A stretch of DNA of 64,000 nucleotides from Prasinococcaceae sp. CCMP 1430 (taxonomy: Eukaryota; Plantae; Prasinodermophyta): contig RQSC01000015.1 in NCBI GenBank assembly GCA_013416795.1, positions 617,218-681,217 of the forward strand, in the 5' to 3' direction. The position numbers were made by a program, and so were the translations under genes. Positions 20,210 through 30,713 of this stretch are shown piece by piece (the stretch's first letter is position 1; every line of letters starts with the position of its first letter). A model generated the notes under the pieces. It did not search any database. It worked only from the letters and a program-made list of their open reading frames with translations, and was not told the DNA's origin.

Positions 20210-22381
20210 ATGGCGCGCGCGGGCCCGATCCGTACTCTCGCGCGGCCCGCGCCGTCAGCTGTCGCCGACGGCGGCGGCCGCGCGCGCAGCGCGTGCGCGC
20301 GCGCGCGCGCGCGGCAGCGGCGCGCGGCCGCACGCGCGAGCGACGCTTGGGATGCGGCAAGCTCGACAGCGCTGTACAACGTGCGGGGCTGGGGCTCGCC
20401 CTACTTTGGCATAAGCGAGAGCGGCGACGTGACCGTGACGCCGTCGGAGGGAAGCGCGCCGATTGCGTTGCGTGCGATTGCAGCCGAGCTGCGCGCGCGC
20501 GGCGTGCGCGCGCCGCTGGTCGCGCACTTCGTCGACGTCGCCGTCTCGCGGGCTGCCGAGCTGAGCGCGTGCTTCGAAGCGGCGCAAGGCACGTATGGCT
20601 ACGGCGGACGGTACAGAGGCGTGTTCCCCGTCAAGTCGAACCACTCGCCACCGCTCCTGCGCGCGCTCGCCGAGGAAATGGGTGGCTTGGAGGTCGGAAG
20701 CAAGCCGGAGCTTCTCGTCGGCGCGGCCATCCTCGCAGAGAGGATCCGCGCGGGGCGCGAATGCGGTGGCGCCTCCGAGCGCCCGTTGCTCGTGTGCAAT
20801 GGCTACAAAGATGTGGACTACGTCGAGGCTGCGTTGTTGGCGTCCTCGCTGGGCGTGGAAGTCGTGATCGTGCTCGAGCGCCCCGAGGAGCTGCAGCTGG
20901 TGTTGGGCGCCGCCGCGCGGCTCGGCGTGGACCAGCCCACGCTGGGCGTGCGGGCGCGGCTCTCGACGCCGACGGGCGGCCACTGGGCCGCAACTGGCGG
21001 CGACGGCGGCAAGTTTGGCCTCGATGCTGCCGAGCTCGTGTCTGTGTGCGCCTCTCTTCGACGAGCGGGCAAACTCGAGTGCCTGCGCCTACTGCACTTC
21101 CACGTCGGCTCGCAGGTGAGCCGCATCAGGACCATCAAGGCGGCGATGCGCGAGGCGAGCCACCTGTACACCGAGTTGCACGCGATGGGCGCGAAAGGAC
21201 TCGAGTACCTCGATGTGGGAGGTGGGCTGGCCGTCGACTACGACGGCTCGGGCCGCGGAGGTTCGGACTCGTCCATGGACTATTCGATGCAGAACTACGC
21301 GAACGATGTCGTCGCGGCTCTCCAGGACGCGTGCAGCCGTGCCGCCGCGCCGCCGCCGACCGTCGTGTCAGAGAGTGGGCGCGCCATCGCTAGCCACCAC
21401 TCCGTGCTCATATTTGACGTTGTTGGCATCCAGGACACCGCCGACAGGCACATCCCCGGCGAGGTTGGGGCGCCCTCGGACCAGCAGCCAACGGCCGCCG
21501 CCAGCGGCGGGGACAGTGAGGATGCGCTCGCGGGCCGTGCCGGAGTGCCAGGCGGGCTCATTTTGTCCACGTTCCAAGAGGTGCTGGACGCCAGCGGCGC
21601 GGGCCTCGCGGGGTCACAGGAGACGCGCACGGACGCCGAGCAGCTGCTGGGGGAAGCTCGTGCCGCGTTTAAGCTGGGCGTGATCAGCTTGCCGGAGCTC
21701 GCTCAGGCGGAAATAATGTACTGGCGCTGCGTGCGCGCGGCAGCGGCCAGCGAGGAAACGCCACCGGCGCGCGAGCAGCAGCAGCTGCTCGCGGCCAAGT
21801 ATCTCGTCAACATGAGCGTGTTTCGCTCGTGCGTGGACTCGTGGGCGATCTCGCAGGTCTTCCCCGTCATGCCGCTGCATATGCTTTGCGACCGCCCCGA
21901 GGCGAGCGGCACGCTCAGTGACATCACATGCGACTCGGACGGGCGCATCCAGCGTTTTGTGGGCGCCGGTGGCGAGGAGACTTCAGTTCTGCCGCTGCAC
22001 TCTAAGCGACAGCTTGACCAGCACGGTCTGGCCACTCGACCTGCAGAGCAGGGCGCGGGGCAACACGAGCCGTATCTGCTAGGCCTTTTCATGGCGGGCG
22101 TGTACCAGGAGGACATGGGGTCGCTACACAACATGTTTGGTTCCACCGCTCAGGTGTACGTGCGCAGCGACCCCGCGGCGGATGGCCCCGGATATCGCAT
22201 CGATCGTCTGGAGGGCGCGCAGACCTCCAGTTGCACGCTGCAGGCCATGGGCTACGACGCCGGCGAGGCGCTCGAGGCCGTTCGTGGCGCGGCAGCTTGT
22301 GATGATGATATGGGTCGCTCGACATCCGTGCTCGATGCGTTTGCGGCCCTGCTCGACTCGAGTACCTACCTCAAGTCGTGA
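20210..22381 (+). CDS. ADC: Arginine decarboxylase (PLP, biosynthetic type) with a transit-peptide-like N-terminus, single exon
   Basis: LYNVRGWGSPYFGIS, YRGVFPVKSNH (PLP Lys), GLEVGSKPEL, CNGYKD, GVRARL, GKFGL, LHFHVGSQV, DVGGGLAVDYDG, VVSESGRAIASHHSVL, NMSVFRS..DSWAISQVFP, LSDITCDSDG, GVYQE.MGSLHNMFG. Confidence 0.93.
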   Translation: MARAGPIRTLARPAPSAVADGGGRARSACARARARQRRAAARASDAWDAASSTALYNVRGWGSPYFGISESGDVTVTPSEGSAPIALRAIAAELRARGVRAPLVAHFVDVAVSRAAELSACFEAAQGTYGYGGRYRGVFPVKSNHSPPLLRALAEEMGGLEVGSKPELLVGAAILAERIRAGRECGGASERPLLVCNGYKDVDYVEAALLASSLGVEVVIVLERPEELQLVLGAAARLGVDQPTLGVRARLSTPTGGHWAATGGDGGKFGLDAAELVSVCASLRRAGKLECLRLLHFHVGSQVSRIRTIKAAMREASHLYTELHAMGAKGLEYLDVGGGLAVDYDGSGRGGSDSSMDYSMQNYANDVVAALQDACSRAAAPPPTVVSESGRAIASHHSVLIFDVVGIQDTADRHIPGEVGAPSDQQPTAAASGGDSEDALAGRAGVPGGLILSTFQEVLDASGAGLAGSQETRTDAEQLLGEARAAFKLGVISLPELAQAEIMYWRCVRAAAASEETPPAREQQQLLAAKYLVNMSVFRSCVDSWAISQVFPVMPLHMLCDRPEASGTLSDITCDSDGRIQRFVGAGGEETSVLPLHSKRQLDQHGLATRPAEQGAGQHEPYLLGLFMAGVYQEDMGSLHNMFGSTAQVYVRSDPAADGPGYRIDRLEGAQTSSCTLQAMGYDAGEALEAVRGAAACDDDMGRSTSVLDAFAALLDSSTYLKS

Positions 22382-22610
22382 CGGTTGCCACGTACAGGAC
22401 GAGTGTACTGTACGTACTCACTGAAGAACATCGTTGTGGTGAATGCCATCCTGGGCGCGCACACAAGCCTCCGCCCGCGCCGTCGCGGAGGGAGCGTGTG
22501 GATGAACACAAATATTATGCCCATTAATGCAATACCTACACTTGATTACAGTAGTCTCTATGGTACACGAATGACACGTGCCACAAATCGTCCGAGTGGA
22601 GACAGGCAGC

Positions 22611-24461
22611 TCAGAATTTCTCGCTCTTGAAGTTGGAAACGATGACGGCGGTCATCGGCACAGAGTTGTCCGGGCTACCCCCGAGCACTGGCAGGCCGAT
22701 CGCCATGCCACCGCTTCCGCCATGGCCGCGGCGCGAGCGCAGCACCAACAAGCCCACACCCACAGTCGCGGCCACACCGACCGCGACGGCGCCCGCGACG
22801 GCCGCGGCAAGCACGGTGGTGTCGTGGCCCTTGATGGAGCTCGAGTCGCCAGCGCTGCTGGCATCGCTGTGGTGGACGGCCTCTAGGTTGTCGCCGGCGC
22901 TCACCATCGCCAACTCAGAGTCGGCGGGGTCAATGCCGGGAGTGGAAAGCGTCGTGCCCGCTCCTGCTGATGCGACGGCCGTCGCAACGGGCGGAGGCGA
23001 TGCGAATTTGGATGGCTCGGCCTCCTCTGCTTCCGAGGGCTCCAGGGCCAGTGGGGGGCTGACGATGGCGGGCGCGTCCTCCATCTCCCACGTTTCCTCG
23101 CAAGTGTGCCAGCGGCACGACTGAAGCTTTTCGATGCTCGCATCGAAGACGTGACGGATGGCCCATGCATTGTCATCGTGCGCATTGGGAGATGCACGTA
23201 CGCGCTCCACGACCTCGTGAAAGAGCGAATGCACCGCGCCCAGAGCGCCGCCACGCACGCGCATCTTGCTGCCGTTCTGGAGCACCGGCGCCAACGCCGC
23301 TACGACCATCTCGGCAGTTTCCAGGTATACATCTGCGCACCCCTCGATGTCGCCGTGATTGTACCGCGGCACGCCTTCATAAATCGCACCATAGATTGCC
23401 TCGAGGACCTCGAGGTGCATGTCAGCACTCTCGGAAAGATCGATGGGGTCAGGGTCCCACCCGTCATCGTCGACATTTCCCATCGCGCCGGCGGGCACCG
23501 CTTCCGTTGCTGGCGTCGGCGAAGCGGGGGCGCTGCCGTCGTGTGCGGGGTCCACCCAGCGCATGTCGTCGAAGGCCCATCGCAGTCTCCACGCTGCGAG
23601 CGCCGGCGTGCTCTCGCGCGCGGCTTTTGCCAGGCCGGTGCGCATGAGCGTCTTGATCCTCTCAGCGGGCCCCGACGCGTCGAGGAGCGCCCACGCAGCC
23701 TCGGCGTAGTGCGAATAGCATTCGAACTGGTAGCCTTTGTCGTACAGGGGTGCCCCAACACCAATGGCGGCACTGGTGACCGCGCGGACGTCTTCGCTCG
23801 TATGCAGGCGCTCGCTCAGCTGGGTGCGCGGGGGCGCGTCGTCCTCGCTGCGCGCGAGCTGGACGTCCTCTATGACGCAATCAAAGTCTCCTGACTGGAA
23901 CAGGAGGTAGACTTTGATTTTTCGCAGGCGGGACAGGTCGAGCGAGCACGACTCGCACGGCGAGTCGCGCCACCACACACGCCCCTCCATTTTCTCGAAG
24001 GGCAGGAAAAAGGTCACCGCCTCTCTCTCCTCTGAGTCGACACCCGCAGGGAGCGTGAAGGGGTGCGCGAATTCGTAAGGCGAGCTCCTGCCATCGTCGA
24101 CGTAAAGCGTGAGCGTGAGCGGAGCCGAGCCCGGCGACAGCGCGCGCGCGTGCACAACGACCCCTTCGTAGCCACGCGCGTCCACCTCGCCTAGGCTGGC
24201 GGACGCGTAGACAAATCCCCCGCCGTGCGTGTTCAGCACGCCGCTCATGTGCACGCCGACGCCGTTGGACGAGGTGTCCACATCGAGTGACGAGCGCCCC
24301 CCCATGACCCCGTCGACCGTCCGCCCCCATCTGCCCGCCGCGTGCGCCGCGAGCGGCGCCAGCGCAGTCGCTGCATCGCCCGCGGCCGGCGCTGCAAGCG
24401 CGCTCAGGACGACACACAGCGCGCCAAGCGCGCCGAGCGCGCCATTGCGATGCCGCGCCAT
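22611..24461 (-). CDS. Membrane-anchored surface protein with a CIA30 (NDUFAF1-like) domain and two helical AI..G.P.Y..G repeats
   Basis: Signal peptide MARHRNGALGALGALCVVLSALAAPAAG; CIA30 motifs WGRTVDGVMGGRSS, SGVLNTHGGGF and FFLPF; repeats AIGVGAPLYDKGYQFECY and AIYEGVPRYNHGDIEGCADVY; C-terminal TM VLAAAVAGAVAVGVAATVGVGLLVL followed by RSRR. Confidence 0.75.
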   Translation of the reverse strand: MARHRNGALGALGALCVVLSALAAPAAGDAATALAPLAAHAAGRWGRTVDGVMGGRSSLDVDTSSNGVGVHMSGVLNTHGGGFVYASASLGEVDARGYEGVVVHARALSPGSAPLTLTLYVDDGRSSPYEFAHPFTLPAGVDSEEREAVTFFLPFEKMEGRVWWRDSPCESCSLDLSRLRKIKVYLLFQSGDFDCVIEDVQLARSEDDAPPRTQLSERLHTSEDVRAVTSAAIGVGAPLYDKGYQFECYSHYAEAAWALLDASGPAERIKTLMRTGLAKAARESTPALAAWRLRWAFDDMRWVDPAHDGSAPASPTPATEAVPAGAMGNVDDDGWDPDPIDLSESADMHLEVLEAIYGAIYEGVPRYNHGDIEGCADVYLETAEMVVAALAPVLQNGSKMRVRGGALGAVHSLFHEVVERVRASPNAHDDNAWAIRHVFDASIEKLQSCRWHTCEETWEMEDAPAIVSPPLALEPSEAEEAEPSKFASPPPVATAVASAGAGTTLSTPGIDPADSELAMVSAGDNLEAVHHSDASSAGDSSSIKGHDTTVLAAAVAGAVAVGVAATVGVGLLVLRSRRGHGGSGGMAIGLPVLGGSPDNSVPMTAVIVSNFKSEKF

Positions 24462-25127
24462 TGCCGCAGCGGCACGTCTGCGGCGCGCGCAGTGGCACCC
24501 ACGCACCAGGCCCGTGAAGCCCCCCCATCCATCCGCGCCCCCAATACACTGTCCCTGCCGCCATCCCGCCCGCCTGCCCTTCCCCGGCCCCTCCCCCCCT
24601 CTCCCCCGTCGTCGCACTCAGCGCGCGCGCCCCGCGGAACGCCCCCGCCTGGCGCTTCGCTGGCCGCCGCGCCGCGCGCGTGGGTGCGCCACGCGCGCGG
24701 ACGCGCGCCACACGCCGGGTCGGGCTCTCGTGGCCCAGGGCGGTCGGGGAACGCAGGATCAGAATCGCGGGCGCGAGAAGCCCGCGATGAATTGGAGCGG
24801 CGGGAATCAACGGACCGCGAAATGGGAGACTCTCCCGTTGGTGTCTACAGTCACTACTTCCAGTATTTTTTGGCAAACTGGCGGGCAGCGCACCCGCGCG
24901 CGCAGCACTGAGACGGACGGCGATAAATGGGTCGTTTACAGGTCGCATGTCGTCGAAGACGAGCTGCTCGGTGTGCGCGATGCTATCGCCGGACGGGAAG
25001 GCGCCAATTGCCTTCGTCTCGCCGGCCGCAAGGCTAATGAATCTTGATAGACTATGGTACACGTTGATGAGATCCCCGGGGCGCAGGCGTGGCCCCTGGA
25101 GAGCCCATCCGAGGGCGCAGTCGCCGA

Positions 25128-28100
25128 CTACCAGTCGGAGAGGCCGGTGCCCGAGCCGAAGCCGCGCATGCCCGGGAACGGCATGCAGTTGCCGTGCACC
25201 GCGCTGCCAAAGCCCGAGCCGAAGGCGCCGCCGCTGAAGCCGCCTCCGCGGCCCTTCTTCTTGCCGCTGCGCTTCTTCTTCTTCTTGCCGCCGCCGAACT
25301 GAGCCATCATCGTCCTGGCCTCGTTCTCATTGACGGGCTCGAGCGAGGCCGGGCACTCCATGAAGGCGGCGACCGCCTCGAATAGGTCCATTCCTTCCTC
25401 GGGAATCTCGTCGCCGGGGCGCTCGATCTTATCGGCGAGCAAAGCGTCGAGGCGCTCGCGGATCTCCAGGATGTCGTCGGCGGCCAGCGATGGCACAACC
25501 AGGCGGAAGCGGCGGTCGGCGATGAGCACGCTCTCGCGGTAGCCGTCGTGCCTGCCCCTGGGCGGCGGCAGATCCTCGCGCTCGACGCTGCCGCCGAAGA
25601 GCACCAGCGCGAGCGGAGGCACGGGCGTGCACTCGCGCATGTACTCCTTGGTGGTGCGCACCAGCTCGTGGTAGCACACGTACGGCGACACCGTCGGCAG
25701 GTCGCCGTACTGGGCGTTCACGGAACTTGGATGGAGCCAGACCTGCGTGGGCTCCTGGTGGTCGGGCGCGCCCATCTCCTTGATCAAGAAGCGCAGCTGC
25801 TCGATGGTGAGCTGCTTGCCCGGCTTGGGCTTCTTCTTGGGCAGGTGGATGGCGGCAACGCGAGGATAGAGCGCCGCACACAGCAGGGCGCTCAGCATGA
25901 AAGGCGAGCGATCCTCCTCGTTGGCGGGGCCCGTTGGCGCGCTGGGCAGGCTGATGCCCACGCTGGACACGCCAAACTGCAGCACTGGCTGGCGGCCACC
26001 GCCGCGGGGAGGCGGCGGGCCGCCGAACCCGCCGAACCCGTTGTCGGGTGGAGGCATGCCCCGCAAGCCGGGCGGAACGTAGCGCCCGCCATTGCCGCCC
26101 TGTCCGCTGCCATTCTCGGCGCCACCGTCGGCGCGCTGCTCTCCCTTCTGATTCTGGCCGGCGCCGCCGCCGTTGCGCGCCTGCTCCATCGCCCGCTGCC
26201 TGCCCCTCTTCTCGGCGTCGCGCATCTGCAGCGCAATGCGCACGCCGTCCGAGCCATCCTGGCGCCGTCCGACGCCCTCGACGTATCCCGCGCGCAGCCC
26301 GCGCGACACGAAGCCGGCGTCGGAGAGCGCCTCCAGGAACTGCCGTTTGAGCTGCCCCATCGACTGTAGGGTCTGCACGCCCAGAAAGCGATCGCGCGCG
26401 AACTGGTAGCGCCCCTCGCCACGGATCGAGTCGAACTGACGATAGGCATCCATGATGGCGAGGTGATCGGAGTGGGTGCGCCAGCCAAAGTCCTGCTTGG
26501 AGTTGTCGGCCTGGTCGCGGCGATCCAGCGGCGACAGGAACGGCGAGCGCGAGGCGAGTGCGGCGGCAATGGTGCACGCCTCGTCGATACAGTTGAAGAT
26601 GGCGCCGTAGATGATCAGTTTGCCAAGGCGGGCGTCGACCGGCAGGTTCGTCAGATGCCAGCCAAGGGCGGTGAGCTCCTCGCTCTCGGGCGGCAGCTCG
26701 CCCTCGTCGTACTCGTCGGCCTCGGCCTCCTCGGCCTCAACGCGCTCGAGCGCCCCCAGGCCCACGAGTTCGGATATGGCGGCCTCGACGGCGGTGGGCT
26801 CCGGCGGCTCGGGCAGGCATGAGCACACGTGGGAGGCCGAGCCCGGCAGCCGCAGCGCCTTGGCACGCAGCACGAGCTGCTCGAGAGGCACGCGCTTCAC
26901 CTCGGGGGCCTGGTGCTCCTTGAGCTCATCGTCGTGGCGATTGCGCGTCATCAGGTGGAACGCGAGGCCGGGGCGCACGCGGCCCGCGCGGCCACGGCGC
27001 TGCTTCGCCGCCGCGCGCGAGCACGGCACGTCGTCGAGCGATGCGATGCGCGTTTCCGGGTCGTAGCGCTGCTCCTTGAGCCGGCAGCAGTCGATCACGA
27101 AGGCGCAGTCGTCGATGGTGATCGACGTCTCCGCAACGTTGGTGGCCAGCACGATCTTGCGCACGCCCGGCGGCGGCCGCTGGAACGCGCGGCGCTGCTC
27201 CTCAGGCGGCAGGCCACCGTGGAGCTGGATGACCCACGACCGCTGCGGCTCCGAGGCGAGCCCGCGCACCCGCGAAATCAGCGTCTCGTGCGTGTTTTGG
27301 ATCTCCTTCGAGCCCGGCAGGAACACCAGGATGGCGCCGGCTGCGGTGTCTCCGCCGTTCTCCATGGCGTTCTCCGCGCTCTCCTTGGCCGTCTTGGCCG
27401 CCTCGGCAGCCGCAGCGGGGAGCTCGTACGAGGTCTCGTTGCTCTGGCGATTCCAGTAGTAGAGCTCCCCGTCGCGCTCCACCTCCACCCACGGGTGGGG
27501 CAGCTCCACGCCGTCCTTCGTCATTGACGAGAAGCCGCGCGCCGCTGAGCTGACGCCCGCAGCGCGCGCGGCGTCTTGCGCGGCCTTGCCCGCCACCATC
27601 GGGTCGTTGTACTGGCCGAGCCAATCGACGAGGTCGGCGATGAGCGAGTAGTTGAGCGCGTCGTGGTCGAGCTCGGCGAGCGTGCGCGCCACCTGCGGCG
27701 GGTAGCCCAGCTGGGCGAGCTCGCGCTCGTCCATCTCGCCCTCCAGGCCGCGCTCCATGTCGCCGTACTTTCCGGCGCGCGTCTTTCGCTTGCGCGCGGC
27801 ATCCGAATGGCGGTGCCAGTCGTCGCGAGGGTCCACGTGGTGCCGCGTGATTGCGAGCGCGTCCTCGAGGAACATGGTCGTCACGGGGAACGTGCGTCCC
27901 GGGACGTCGATGCGCGGGCAGTCGAAGTCGCTGAAGTAGTTCTCGAGCGCGGCAGCGTCGAGCGTCGCCGACATACAGCACACGCGCAGGCGGCGCTCCG
28001 AGGGCACGCCCGCCTTCATCTGGTTCTGCAGCACCTCCCGCAGGGCCATGAGAAGGAAGTCCGTCTCCAGCGAGCGCTCGTGCGTCTCATCCACCAGCAC

Positions 28101-29492
28101 GTGCGTGACGCCAGCGAGCTCGGGGTCGCTCTCGAGGCGGCGCAGCAGGATACCCGTCGTGCAGAACAGCAGCCGCGTGTGAGCGCACGTTCGCTGCTCG
28201 CCGCGGATGGAGTAGCCCACGGCGCCCTGACCGACGCGCTCGCCGCGCTCGGCTGCCACCCTGTCCGCCACGCCGATGGCGGCCACGCGGCGCGGCTGCG
28301 TGCAGATGACGTTCACGGGCCTGCCCGACTCCGCGCCGTCCTCGAGGAGGAACTGGGCGACCTGCGTCGTCTTGCCACAGCCAGTCTCACCCCGGAGGAT
28401 GGAAATGTCCCTCTCGAGCGTGTGGAGGATCATCTTCTTGTGGTGGGCCACGGGCAGCGAATGGCGCTGCTTCGCGTGCGGCCCGCCGCCTCGCACGAGG
28501 GGCGGCGGCGGGGGGGGTGCCACCTGGTCACGGGGCCGCATGCGGCGCTCGTTTTTGCCTCCCGGGCCGCCCGGCTGCCCCGCGCCCTTGCCTCGCTCCT
28601 TGCCGTTGTCGCCCTTGCTGCCGCGCGCGTGCGTCTGCGCCGCGTGCGCGAGCGCCGCGCGCGCCTTGTGCTCGGCGTCCATGGAGACCTCCACCCTGCG
28701 CAGCGGCGCGAGCGCCTCCATCGACGAGCGCGACATCATCGCCAGGCCACCGCCCGAGCCGCTACGAGCGCCCATGCCGTTCCCGGCGCCTGGAGGTGGG
28801 CCACCGCCGCCGCCGCTGGCGCGGATGTCAGTCGGCATGCCGCCCCCGGGGCCCCTCGTGTCGACGCTGTTGAAGCCCATCGAGGTGGCCTGATGGAGCA
28901 GCCCCGGGTCAGTCAGCGGCGGGATGATGCCCGCGTCGTTGGGGAGCAGGCCCGCGAAGCCCGCGCGGCCAGCCTTGGCCCTGTGCGCCTTGCCCATGCA
29001 ATGCTGCACGAAAGACACCTCGCCGGACGAGTCCTTGAGGCACGCCGCACAGCGGTAGACATTCTCCTCAAAGGTCGGCTTGCGTCCGCCGCCGCCGCCC
29101 ATGCCGCCGCCCATTCCGCCGCCCATTCCGTGGCCCATCCCCATGCCCATTCCGCCCATGTGGCCCTGGTGCATGCGCTGCGCGCCCGACATGTGCGGCG
29201 GCACGTACGTCCCGCCGCCGCCGCCGCCGCCGCCGCCGAGCGAGGGCCGCTTGTCGGCGTGGGCACCGGGCAGCGGCTGCGGGGCCGGGCGCTTGGCGAC
29301 CTCCGGGACGGCCGCGTCGTCCGGCCGTTCGTCCCAGTCCATGTCTTCCCACGACGCGCCGACATCGGCCGCCTTAGGCTGGGGCCTGTCGTCGCGCCAG
29401 CCGCCGCCGCCGCCGCCGAAGCTACCGTTGCCACCTCCTCCCCCTCCTCCGCCGCCCCCCCCGCCGCGGCGGTTCTTCCCGCCCCTGCCCAT
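25128..29492 (-). CDS. DExH-box RNA helicase (DHX29/36/57-like) with a U1-type zinc finger and a WW insertion, single exon
   Basis: GETGCGKTTQV, CTQPRRVAA, FCTTGILLRRL, VDETHER, MSAT, LVFLPG, LHGGL, LATNVAETSITIDD, QRRGRAGRVRPG, HA2 and OB-fold regions. Start is MGRGGKNRR at 29492. Confidence 0.93.
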   Translation of the reverse strand: MGRGGKNRRGGGGGGGGGGGGNGSFGGGGGGWRDDRPQPKAADVGASWEDMDWDERPDDAAVPEVAKRPAPQPLPGAHADKRPSLGGGGGGGGGTYVPPHMSGAQRMHQGHMGGMGMGMGHGMGGGMGGGMGGGGGRKPTFEENVYRCAACLKDSSGEVSFVQHCMGKAHRAKAGRAGFAGLLPNDAGIIPPLTDPGLLHQATSMGFNSVDTRGPGGGMPTDIRASGGGGGPPPGAGNGMGARSGSGGGLAMMSRSSMEALAPLRRVEVSMDAEHKARAALAHAAQTHARGSKGDNGKERGKGAGQPGGPGGKNERRMRPRDQVAPPPPPPLVRGGGPHAKQRHSLPVAHHKKMILHTLERDISILRGETGCGKTTQVAQFLLEDGAESGRPVNVICTQPRRVAAIGVADRVAAERGERVGQGAVGYSIRGEQRTCAHTRLLFCTTGILLRRLESDPELAGVTHVLVDETHERSLETDFLLMALREVLQNQMKAGVPSERRLRVCCMSATLDAAALENYFSDFDCPRIDVPGRTFPVTTMFLEDALAITRHHVDPRDDWHRHSDAARKRKTRAGKYGDMERGLEGEMDERELAQLGYPPQVARTLAELDHDALNYSLIADLVDWLGQYNDPMVAGKAAQDAARAAGVSSAARGFSSMTKDGVELPHPWVEVERDGELYYWNRQSNETSYELPAAAAEAAKTAKESAENAMENGGDTAAGAILVFLPGSKEIQNTHETLISRVRGLASEPQRSWVIQLHGGLPPEEQRRAFQRPPPGVRKIVLATNVAETSITIDDCAFVIDCCRLKEQRYDPETRIASLDDVPCSRAAAKQRRGRAGRVRPGLAFHLMTRNRHDDELKEHQAPEVKRVPLEQLVLRAKALRLPGSASHVCSCLPEPPEPTAVEAAISELVGLGALERVEAEEAEADEYDEGELPPESEELTALGWHLTNLPVDARLGKLIIYGAIFNCIDEACTIAAALASRSPFLSPLDRRDQADNSKQDFGWRTHSDHLAIMDAYRQFDSIRGEGRYQFARDRFLGVQTLQSMGQLKRQFLEALSDAGFVSRGLRAGYVEGVGRRQDGSDGVRIALQMRDAEKRGRQRAMEQARNGGGAGQNQKGEQRADGGAENGSGQGGNGGRYVPPGLRGMPPPDNGFGGFGGPPPPRGGGRQPVLQFGVSSVGISLPSAPTGPANEEDRSPFMLSALLCAALYPRVAAIHLPKKKPKPGKQLTIEQLRFLIKEMGAPDHQEPTQVWLHPSSVNAQYGDLPTVSPYVCYHELVRTTKEYMRECTPVPPLALVLFGGSVEREDLPPPRGRHDGYRESVLIADRRFRLVVPSLAADDILEIRERLDALLADKIERPGDEIPEEGMDLFEAVAAFMECPASLEPVNENEARTMMAQFGGGKKKKKRSGKKKGRGGGFSGGAFGSGFGSAVHGNCMPFPGMRGFGSGTGLSDW

Positions 29493-30713
29493 CGCTCCCG
29501 CGCCGGCGCTCCCGCCGAAACCGCCGCCGCCGATACCGCAGGGAGACGCGCGCGGCGTCGCGCCGCCGCGCCCGCGCGCGCTCTTTCGCGCCCCGCCCCC
29601 GCGTTTCCCGGAACGCCCGCACCAATTGCACGCCCCCGCGTTTTCCCCCCCGGGGCCCGCCCAGCGCCGCGCGCCCGGAAAAATTCTCCCTCGACAATCG
29701 CCCAAATGCCCGAAAAAGCGGATTCCGCGCATTTCGGCGCGGTGCGGGCGCTGTCCGCGCCCCGGCGGCTGCGGGCGTGCGGCTGCGGCGGGTTTTTGGT
29801 CGTGGCCGGCACGCACGCGAGGTGCGAGTGCGAGTGGGGTGGTGGGCGGGGCGGCGTTGGGCCGGGCCGGGCGCGCACCGCACGAGCGCGCCGCGCCGCG
29901 CCGACAGCCACTCGCTGACCACTGCACACCCAGCAACGGGGAGAGGGGGGGGAGGTGGCCGACGAGCAAGCGAGCCAGCGGCTGGCTGGCTGGCTGACGA
30001 AGTGCGCGGCGGTCCGACGACGAGGATGCGTGAAAGCCCAAGCAGAGGAGGGGAGGGCGGGGTTCCCGGGGCGGGGGTGGGGTGTGCGAATGCGAGCGAG
30101 GGGAGGGAGAGGTGACGGCCGAAGCTTTGGGGAGGGGTGGTACCGGGACCGGCGTAGGGGATGGGGACGGGGCGCGCGACGAGGGAAAAGCTGCGACGCC
30201 TGGCGGAGGGGACACGCACGGCGCCTGGCTACGGCGAGCACCTCGCACGTCACGTCCCGCCGCGGGACCCCACGGACACGACGTTTGGGTTTTACGGATA
30301 TTCCAGATCGAAATGCGTTCTGTGCTTTCAGCAGATGGTACGGTATAATCATATGTTTAAAAGCGTTGGGGACGCGGTGAGACGTGAGCACATGCGGCAA
30401 CGCAAATTTTAGGTTTGATTTAGGGCCTGCTTGTGATGCTGCGGCCGCATGCGGGGACACGCATTTGCGACGGGGGAACCGATGTTTGAATGGGGTGCGC
30501 CTGCGCGTGGGTGCGTGCGGGGAGGGGGGGGGCGCACACGCACACGGCAGGACAGCAGGGAGTGGGGGAGGAGGTCGATCGCGCGCTCTTCGTGGTGCCA
30601 CACTGCGGAGGGCGCGCGGGAAGAGCTAGTGACGGGCCGGGGGGGGGAAGGAGGGGTGAGTGGGGTCGATCGCGCGGCGCCTCGCTCGACCGCGTGTGCC
30701 GCGCGCCCGCGAG

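Noticed and set aside
24800-25062. Short ORF MYHSLSRF... after the DExH helicase
   Set aside because: It lies in the helicase 3' UTR and spans its TGTAA signal (24936-24940); no recognisable family.
30280-30480. ncRNA or tRNA in AT-rich islands (also 36170-36290, 39440-39540, 54320-54640)
   Set aside because: No cloverleaf, rRNA, snRNA or clear stem structure recognised; compatible with promoters or UTRs. An Infernal/Rfam scan would settle it.
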